IMG/VR virus record: IMGVR_UViG_3300030202_002195
Span: 1 to 61,231 of that record
DNA length: 61,231 nucleotides
From: a virus
Taxonomy: Duplodnaviria; Caudoviricetes
Direction: 5' to 3' (one strand)
Shown here: piece after piece, positions 55,622 through 61,231 of the stretch
Layout: each line of letters starts with the position of its first letter
How positions within the stretch are numbered: the stretch's first letter is position 1
Notes under the pieces: model-generated
Seen by the model: only the letters and a program-made list of their open reading frames with translations
What the model was told of the DNA's origin: nothing
The model's database searches: none
Position numbers and translations under genes: made by a program

Positions 55622-56359
55622 TTATAATTCTTCTTTAATTACAAAATCCTCTATACTTTTTACTGAACCTTCAGCAAAAAAATCATTATATACTTCTACT
55701 GCTTTCTCCACTTTATACTTACCTCTTTCAAGGAAGTCTACTGTTGGATTGAATATACCCAGTTGTAAAGTTATCTTGTCTACTACATAGAAAATTAAAG
55801 GTTTGTCAAATAGTTGCTGGTATATGTAAGCTTGACTATCGTAGTTGTACTTACGAGCAGAGTATTTAAAGTCTTTTATGTTGGATGTAGTTTTTAAATC
55901 TATCAACATATCAGGTGTAACAATATCTGCTTTGCCCTTCCATTGAACACCCATTATTGTTGTAATAGCTGGAACCTCGAAAGCATTGTTCACATCATAG
56001 ATAGCATCACAGAAATCAAGATTACCTTTCATTGTGTTTATGGCACAATCAGTTTCTTCTTTCTCTTTTGCTAACATCATTAACATTCTGCCATTTTCGT
56101 TGAGTGCATCCTTGTACTTCTTTGTGTTTCTACTACTTGCATCTACACTTTTAAATTCTACACTATTTACCTTATCAGGTTCCAGCATTGCAGTATGAAA
56201 GTATCTACCAAGTAGCATAGCTTTAGTAGGTTCTTTCGGTAATCGAAATCCTTTAGGATCATTGAGTAGAGTTATTATGTCAGAGTTGGAAAGCCATTGC
56301 CTTCCATACTCTCCATAATAGTGTTCATCAAGTTGTAGTTTTGCTAAATGCTCTTTCAT
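55622..56359 (-). CDS. PD-(D/E)xK exonuclease (RecE/ExoVIII C-terminal, DUF3799-like)
   Basis: LSNS...G..FH...LEP...KGKAD...IDLKT...Y..Q...Y. Confidence 0.85.
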   Translation of the reverse strand: MKEHLAKLQLDEHYYGEYGRQWLSNSDIITLLNDPKGFRLPKEPTKAMLLGRYFHTAMLEPDKVNSVEFKSVDASSRNTKKYKDALNENGRMLMMLAKEKEETDCAINTMKGNLDFCDAIYDVNNAFEVPAITTIMGVQWKGKADIVTPDMLIDLKTTSNIKDFKYSARKYNYDSQAYIYQQLFDKPLIFYVVDKITLQLGIFNPTVDFLERGKYKVEKAVEVYNDFFAEGSVKSIEDFVIKEEL

Positions 56360-56952
56360 TACACATGCTTTGAAAGTTCTTTCTTAACAGAAGCTTTGAT
56401 CTTGTACTTTTGCTCAAGATTCTTTACAATCTTTGGAAGACCTAAATGCTTGTTCTGTGCTACATAAGTTAATACTTTCTTCCAGTTAGCATCACCAATA
56501 TCTAAATCAAATGTTGTTATTGTTTTAGGTTTTGACTTTGGCTTTTCTTCTGTAGTAGCAGTCTTAACAATGTCTTCTCCAATCCACAAGCTTAACCCTA
56601 ATCCGTGCATAGCAATAGCTTTAGCAGTTGATCTTTGGATTGCAGTATTGATGTCCATAGATGTAATCTTATCCATAGCAATAGACCTATTTCTAAAGTC
56701 CATTACTGGTAAGTAATCAATATGCTCAACACCTCCAATAGTCACACCCACTTTTACATAAGCAGTTCTACCATCAGTGAAAAAGTTTAGTCCAGTTTCC
56801 ATAGACTCATATACTTTTCTTTGTGCATCAGGGTAAGTTGTTTTAACTAAATGCCAAGCACTTGCCCAAGAGAGATAGTCGTGTTGACCTTTCTTCTCTA
56901 CCATACTCTTTACATCTATTGATGAAAGATTTTTGAAAATGTTTTTCTCCAT
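56359..56952 (-). CDS. Sak-like (DUF1071, Rad52-type) single-strand annealing protein
   Basis: EKKG..DYLSWA.AW...LPVMD.RN...IN..IQR...KAIAMHGLGL. Confidence 0.85.
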   Translation of the reverse strand: MEKNIFKNLSSIDVKSMVEKKGQHDYLSWASAWHLVKTTYPDAQRKVYESMETGLNFFTDGRTAYVKVGVTIGGVEHIDYLPVMDFRNRSIAMDKITSMDINTAIQRSTAKAIAMHGLGLSLWIGEDIVKTATTEEKPKSKPKTITTFDLDIGDANWKKVLTYVAQNKHLGLPKIVKNLEQKYKIKASVKKELSKHV

Positions 56953-56959
56953 AATAAAT

Positions 56960-57373
56960 TTAATTTAAGTTTAATAGTTGTTGTTTTCTTTGTGAATACT
57001 TTTGGATTATCTTTTCTCGTGAGTTCTTTAGTCGCTTGATGTACTTATCATTCTTTCTACTATTCATCTCACTTTGTATTCTTCCTTCAATGATTTTTAT
57101 TTTCCTTTCATAGTTACCAAGAGAAGTGAGGAGAACACCTTTCTTCCATCCGTGATCGTAAAAGTGTTGATACTCTTCACTGGTTAGTTCTTGAAAGTAG
57201 TCTCCACCCTTCGTGGTATTTAGGATTTCGATTGCTCCTGAAGGGTACTTATATAATAGTATGCCGAGTTTTATAATACCTTGTTTGCCACCAAAACTTT
57301 TTGGATGACCAGCACCAAAATCCTCCATACCTTCTTGGTATATATCTTCTAAACTATAGGTAGGAAATTTCAT
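56960..57373 (-). CDS. Hypothetical protein (137 aa)
   Basis: ORF in operon. Confidence 0.7.
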   Translation of the reverse strand: MKFPTYSLEDIYQEGMEDFGAGHPKSFGGKQGIIKLGILLYKYPSGAIEILNTTKGGDYFQELTSEEYQHFYDHGWKKGVLLTSLGNYERKIKIIEGRIQSEMNSRKNDKYIKRLKNSREKIIQKYSQRKQQLLNLN

Positions 57374-57647
57374 TCGCTATATCCTTGAAGTCATTGTCTT
57401 TGTCAATCATTTCTTTTGCTTTCTTGTATCCATGTATGATGGTAGAGTGAGACACAGAGTGTCCATAATCCTCCATAAACCTTTGAATATAAGATATTCT
57501 AATAGGTCTTTCCATACATAAATAGTAAAGCATTTGTCGTGCATCAACGCAGTCCCTTCTTCTCGTTTTCTCCATCATTTGATCTAAAGTCAAATGAAAT
57601 TGCTTTGCAATAGCATAAGCATATTTATCAAAGATTTCTTTCTTCAT
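57354..57647 (-). CDS. Second DnaA C-terminal-like HTH protein
   Basis: KTRRR..VDARQMLYYLC...HSTIIHG. Confidence 0.75.
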   Translation of the reverse strand: MKKEIFDKYAYAIAKQFHLTLDQMMEKTRRRDCVDARQMLYYLCMERPIRISYIQRFMEDYGHSVSHSTIIHGYKKAKEMIDKDNDFKDIANEISYL

Positions 57648-57668
57648 TTCGTGTTCTGTTTTGAGTTG

Positions 57669-57700
57669 CTAATTTAAGTTATTTCTATAACTTTTGCAAA
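57669..57700 (-). promoter_or_regulatory. Probable middle promoter
   Basis: TTTG-N20-TAAATTAG (variant -7 element). Confidence 0.45.
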
Positions 57701-57711
57701 CTTTGTTCATA

Positions 57712-57981
57712 TTATTTCTCTTCTTTCTTACACTGAACCTTGTATAAAATAAGGTATCCAATCAAATCAAGAAGGGTATCTTCAGTTTTATCGTTGATCC
57801 CCACTTGCTTGATTCTACTTAACTTGTCATCTATTCGTGCAAGTATGCCCTCTTTTGGAGAGAGTTTAGAGAATATGTTTGGAGGATTGTTAGCAGTATC
57901 TCCATACGCTTTGTTCTTTTCCAGTAGTAACATAACTACTTCTCTTCCTACTTCCTTAATTAGTTCATCAGTTTTCTTCAT
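57712..57981 (-). CDS. DUF1599/Nmad1-like (dNTP pyrophosphatase-like) protein
   Basis: KNKAYGD...RIDDKLSR...EDT..DL.GY. Confidence 0.75.
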   Translation of the reverse strand: MKKTDELIKEVGREVVMLLLEKNKAYGDTANNPPNIFSKLSPKEGILARIDDKLSRIKQVGINDKTEDTLLDLIGYLILYKVQCKKEEK

Positions 57982-57982
57982 A

Positions 57983-58189
57983 TTACTTATAGCTTTTTCT
58001 TTCAAAATCAGGTTTGTAATTTGGGTTGTCAGCTTTGAGTTCTACATACGCTTCATAATGTCGAAACGCTTCCTCCAATACTGATTCTAAATCTACCAGT
58101 TGGTAGTCCATCTTGGATGTTTCCATCCAATGTGATACATTCTTTAATATCTGTACAGATATTTTCTTATGGTCTTTATAGTTTGCCAT
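57983..58189 (-). CDS. Hypothetical protein (68 aa)
   Basis: ORF in operon. Confidence 0.65.
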   Translation of the reverse strand: MANYKDHKKISVQILKNVSHWMETSKMDYQLVDLESVLEEAFRHYEAYVELKADNPNYKPDFERKSYK

Positions 58190-58337
58190 CTTTATTAATT
58201 TTAAAGTTATTTACTCGTTGTTCAAATTCTTTTCTTCTCTTTTCTGCCCTATGCTCCATCCATAACCAAAGTAGGATGTAAGAGCATAGGATTAAAAGAA
58301 AGCTACTTAATAGTGCTTGAGTCATTGTCATAGTCAT
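58176..58337 (-). CDS. Small single-pass membrane protein
   Basis: ...QALLSSFLLILCSYILLWLWMEHRAEKRRK...; start uncertain. Confidence 0.55.
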   Translation of the reverse strand: MTMTMTQALLSSFLLILCSYILLWLWMEHRAEKRRKEFEQRVNNFKINKDGKL

Positions 58338-58369
58338 CAATTTTTTGTTGCAGTTTTTGTATTAGTTTC

Positions 58370-59053
58370 TTATTGGGAGATGGCTTCATCTTCTCCAATA
58401 GAATCTTCTTCCATAAAATTAGCTTGTATATATTTCTTCGCATCTTCTAAAGTTTTACCTGCAAATTCGCTACACCAATCCACATACCATCCGATACCAT
58501 CTTCAAAGTTTGGGTGTTCTTCTGCAAGTTTGGTTAATGTTACTGGGTATCTTCCACCACAATCTATCTCTTCTTCTCCATTCCAAGTGGGTACATCATA
58601 GTGTACGACATCTATGAAGTCTCCTCCTTCGATGGATATTTCTGCACCCCATCCTTGTTCTTCCTCAAAAGTCCAAAACATATCAGGAAAGTCTTGAGCC
58701 ATTTGCTTGATGATTAGTTCATCCATTGGCGACCAAGCAGTAGTGAAACGAAGTTGATCATCATCTTTCTCAAATTCATAGCATCCCCACTTGGTACCCC
58801 AATTAGCATTACACCAGTCGTACCAATTGTCGTGTCCGTACTTGTGTTTAAGTTCTTCTGACTTTGCTTCTGTAATAGTGCAGTTCTCTGTATCTCCAAT
58901 TCTTTGTGGAGATGTAGTTCCTTCAAGTTCTTTAGGCATTGGCTTGTAGTATCTACAGATACCACCCACTTTTTCAATAGCATCTAAAATTTCTTGTCTT
59001 TCTTTGGTAATCTCACTACCAATAGAAATGTTGTGATAACAATGATTAGGCAT
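58370..59053 (-). CDS. DUF1281/YubB-like ferredoxin-fold protein
   Basis: MPN.C.....PMP.EL...WYDW...NWGTKW...F.TAWSP. Confidence 0.8.
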   Translation of the reverse strand: MPNHCYHNISIGSEITKERQEILDAIEKVGGICRYYKPMPKELEGTTSPQRIGDTENCTITEAKSEELKHKYGHDNWYDWCNANWGTKWGCYEFEKDDDQLRFTTAWSPMDELIIKQMAQDFPDMFWTFEEEQGWGAEISIEGGDFIDVVHYDVPTWNGEEEIDCGGRYPVTLTKLAEEHPNFEDGIGWYVDWCSEFAGKTLEDAKKYIQANFMEEDSIGEDEAISQ

Positions 59054-59055
59054 AA

Positions 59056-59235
59056 TTAGTTGTTTTTAGTTAATTCATTTACTTTCTTCTCCAAGTATTC
59101 CATATACTCAATCATAGCTTCAAGGTAGTACCTATCATCTGATTTAAGTTCTTCCATACGGAAACCTAAAAAATAATCTAACCCATCTTCGACTCTGTCG
59201 AGTAGGTCTTTCTTTACTTTAATTCTGTTTGACAT
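59056..59235 (-). CDS. Hypothetical protein (59 aa), not in ORF track
   Basis: MSNRIKVKKDLLDRVEDG... with AU-rich leader. Confidence 0.6.
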   Translation of the reverse strand: MSNRIKVKKDLLDRVEDGLDYFLGFRMEELKSDDRYYLEAMIEYMEYLEKKVNELTKNN

Positions 59236-59250
59236 AATAATTTAATTAGT

Positions 59251-59303
59251 TGGTTAGTGGGATGGAGGGTTGCGAAGCCCTCTAAAGTACGCATTACCAT
59301 CCC
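59251..59303 (-). ncRNA. tRNA-like minihelix (acceptor stem + T-arm only)
   Basis: GGGAUG...GAGGG-CUUCGCAA-CCCUC-CAUCCC-ACUAACCA. Confidence 0.4.
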
Positions 59304-59425
59304 TTCGTTACAAACAAGTATGAATAATAAATAAGGCAAGAGTTTGGTTTCGCTACTGAATTTTACTCTTATTAAGTGTATTGTAGTTAATTAAGCTACC
59401 ACCACCACACACCTTATTTTCATAT
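59304..59425 (-). ncRNA. Candidate structured small RNA
   Basis: Outer stem AAAUAAGG/CCUUAUUU with inner GUAG/CUAC and AAGAGU/ACUCUU stems; directly after a promoter. Confidence 0.45.
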
Positions 59426-59431
59426 CTCGTG

Positions 59432-59463
59432 CAAATATATAATATAATTTGTTTATATCCAAA
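59432..59463 (-). promoter_or_regulatory. Host-type promoter
   Basis: TTTG-N20-TATATTTG. Confidence 0.7.
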
Positions 59464-59498
59464 TTATCTTTGACATAATGGGAAATGTAGTTTAGTTA

Positions 59499-59777
59499 CT
59501 ATAAGTGTCCTCCTTCTCCGTTGGCTTCATACCTCCATTCGCTTTCTGCGTTTGTGTCGGTCATACCAGTATAATCATCTACACCAGTTCCATACTCAAA
59601 ATTAGCTTCACTAATAGCTTTATCTATCTTATCTTCATACAAATTAGCATTGTCAAATAGATAATCTGTTATTGATGCACCTACATCCGTATACTCTTTT
59701 AGTTTCTTTTCATCAACATCAATTTCTACCTCTGCATACTTGTGGTACACACTTCTTTGCATAATTTTAACTTTCAT
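59499..59777 (-). CDS. Last early-array protein (92 aa)
   Basis: ORF 24 nt after site 9. Confidence 0.8.
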   Translation of the reverse strand: MKVKIMQRSVYHKYAEVEIDVDEKKLKEYTDVGASITDYLFDNANLYEDKIDKAISEANFEYGTGVDDYTGMTDTNAESEWRYEANGEGGHL

Positions 59778-59795
59778 TGTAATATAGTTTTAGTT

Positions 59796-59823
59796 GTAAC
59801 TGACAAGGGAAGTTATTCTTCCC
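59796..59823 (-). repeat. Hammerhead substrate-like site 9
   Basis: GGGAAG-AAUAA-CUUCCC-UU-GUC-AGUUAC. Confidence 0.9.
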
Positions 59824-60088
59824 AAGCATTAGAGTATGCTGGATTGTACCACTCGTGCCACATTCCATACTTCTCCATTATTCCATTGAGTTTATCAGAC
59901 CCCCAAAAGTTATTGTAATAATCAAGGTGTAAATCAGTTTCTTCCGTAACACCTTCACACCATATCCAAAAATAACCTCTGTCTTCGTGATAATGTTCAT
60001 CTCCCCAATTTTTCTGTACTGCTATTCCTAATTTTTTTAGTTCTTCATAACAAGAAATAACATTTTTGGGTGGATTTTGATAGTTCAT
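59813..60088 (-). CDS. Early hypothetical protein (91 aa)
   Basis: Start reassigned to ATG 60088, 25 nt after site 10. Confidence 0.8.
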   Translation of the reverse strand: MNYQNPPKNVISCYEELKKLGIAVQKNWGDEHYHEDRGYFWIWCEGVTEETDLHLDYYNNFWGSDKLNGIMEKYGMWHEWYNPAYSNAWEE

Positions 60089-60107
60089 AATAATATAGTT
60101 TTGATTC

Positions 60108-60133
60108 GTAACTGACAGAGGGATACACCCTCT
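60108..60133 (-). repeat. Hammerhead substrate-like site 10
   Basis: AGAGGG-UGUAU-CCCUCU-GUC-AGUUAC. Confidence 0.9.
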
Positions 60134-60139
60134 CATTTG

Positions 60140-60463
60140 TTAGAATATCTCTAACTTGGAAAGCAATTCTTTAGTGTGCTTTCTAACTAATTTCTCCTTG
60201 AAATTAATTTGAAGTTCTCTGTGTAACTTATGTTTAAGACCACTCCATTCAACAATCCTTGTTAGACTTCTTCGTTTCTCATTATCGTGTCCAGCAGTAT
60301 CACACCATTCCTTGTAATCTGAAATGTAATCGTAAAACATTTCTCTACCATTACACTCTTCTTGGATGTCTTTGATAATTTTTACTATCTCTTCTGCTTT
60401 CACTTTTAAATAGTCATCAGACTTTCTTTCAAGTTGCTTTTGAATTTCATTTGTAGTTTTCAT
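60140..60463 (-). CDS. Early hypothetical protein (107 aa)
   Basis: Start reassigned to ATG 60463, 23 nt after site 11. Confidence 0.8.
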   Translation of the reverse strand: MKTTNEIQKQLERKSDDYLKVKAEEIVKIIKDIQEECNGREMFYDYISDYKEWCDTAGHDNEKRRSLTRIVEWSGLKHKLHRELQINFKEKLVRKHTKELLSKLEIF

Positions 60464-60480
60464 AATAATAAATTTGATTT

Positions 60481-60506
60481 GTAACTGACAGAGGAAATTA
60501 ATCCTC
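60481..60506 (-). repeat. Hammerhead substrate-like site 11
   Basis: GAGGA-UUAAUU-UCCUC-U-GUC-AGUUAC. Confidence 0.9.
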
Positions 60507-60728
60507 CCATTCTGTGTAATAGTAGAAGTCGCATTGATAGTAATCTTCCAGTAAAAAATCATCTGTCAATCTACCCTCTGCAACATCCTTATCGTATTGT
60601 GGGTTGCCCTTCTTCTCTATCTTACGAAGATAATTTATCAAATCCTTCTCGTACTTGATGTACATCTCTCCATCTCGAATACAAAAACCTTCGGTCATTG
60701 TTTCTTTGGTAATATCACATACTCTCAT
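60498..60728 (-). CDS. Early hypothetical protein (76 aa)
   Basis: ORF 25 nt after site 12. Confidence 0.8.
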   Translation of the reverse strand: MRVCDITKETMTEGFCIRDGEMYIKYEKDLINYLRKIEKKGNPQYDKDVAEGRLTDDFLLEDYYQCDFYYYTEWED

Positions 60729-60747
60729 TTTAATATAGTATTAGTTT

Positions 60748-60851
60748 GTAACTGACAAGGTTGGTGTGAAGCACATTGGCTATTGCCTTTGGGGATGATT
60801 TTTACGAGGGGCTGACTCCCTATTACCCTCCTACTTACCACACCTAACCTT
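60748..60851 (-). ncRNA. Site 12 with ~95-nt branched RNA in place of the simple hairpin
   Basis: AAGGUU-A-GGUGUG...CACACC-AACCUU-GUC-AGUUAC enclosing GAGGG/CCCUC and GGC/GCC hairpins. Confidence 0.6.
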
Positions 60852-60857
60852 AATTAT

Positions 60858-61139
60858 TTAATACGCTGATACTGGTAGGTTTGAGTCTACATATTCCATA
60901 TCCAAACCCATCCTTTTACAATAGTAAATGCGTAATTCAAATGCAAGATCTATGAGAGCCATATCTGACTTCCAATTTTGTATGGTACAATCATTTCCTA
61001 TTGCACCCAACATTCCACCACCAAGATAGTTTTGGTATGCAGTCATCTTTTCCCCTTCGTATCCGAAGTAAGTTAAGTCAATCTCTACACCTCCACCTCT
61101 TGAAGATAGTTGCTCTCTTAATACATTGTCTTTAATCAT
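60858..61139 (-). CDS. Early hypothetical protein (93 aa)
   Basis: ORF 26 nt after site 13. Confidence 0.8.
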   Translation of the reverse strand: MIKDNVLREQLSSRGGGVEIDLTYFGYEGEKMTAYQNYLGGGMLGAIGNDCTIQNWKSDMALIDLAFELRIYYCKRMGLDMEYVDSNLPVSAY

Positions 61140-61159
61140 AATCGTAGTTTTAATTGTTT

Positions 61160-61184
61160 GTAACTGACAGAGGGTTGCCCCTCT
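61160..61184 (-). repeat. Hammerhead substrate-like site 13 (same sequence as site 1)
   Basis: AGAGGG-GCAA-CCCUCU-GUC-AGUUAC. Confidence 0.9.
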
Positions 61185-61231
61185 ATATTCTATCTCTTTA
61201 ACTTACACTTTGACTTGGTGTAGCCATTTGC

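Larger units (their letters stand above)
1..61231. mobile_element. Near-complete tailed phage genome (podovirus-type), probable Bacteroidota/Flavobacteriia host
   Basis: Terminase-portal-scaffold-capsid-tail-ejection gene order, replication module, Bacteroidota-type TAnnTTTG promoters; 61156-61231 is identical to 254-329, so the contig closes on itself. Confidence 0.95.

Noticed and set aside
59251-59303. Functional tRNA gene
   Set aside because: No D or anticodon arm; kept only as a tRNA-like element
59304-59425. Second hammerhead (contains CGAAAC)
   Set aside because: No CUGANGA upstream on that strand
1-61231. Stop-codon reassignment as in some crAss-like phages
   Set aside because: Standard code gives intact long ORFs and dense coding; no suppressor tRNA seen

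Overview
Near-complete ~61 kb genome of a lytic-looking podovirus-type phage. The host is probably Bacteroidota (Flavobacteriia), because TAnnTTTG promoters precede most operons and leaders are AU-rich without Shine-Dalgarno sites. The + strand carries GroEL/GroES, a cluster of small basic proteins, lysis genes, tail fibres, terminase, portal, scaffold, major capsid, tail ring/nozzle genes and three ejection proteins, including a 3079-aa polyvalent protein. The - strand carries an early operon of small genes that wraps across the contig ends, plus recombination and replication genes (Sak-like SSAP, exonuclease, primase-helicase, SNF2 helicase, VRR-NUC). No DNA polymerase, RNA polymerase or integrase was recognised. 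Main observation: the early-operon leader contains one type I hammerhead ribozyme (2587-2476, -). Its cleavage site, hairpin-GUC^AGUUAC, recurs without any catalytic core 23-28 nt upstream of almost every early gene (13 copies including the ribozyme's own site and one duplicated by the contig-end overlap). This suggests one ribozyme cuts the polycistronic early mRNA into single-gene messages. The contig also forks at one of these sites, and a candidate small RNA carries an antisense seed to them. All function calls come from reading the sequence by eye; no searches or folding programs were run.
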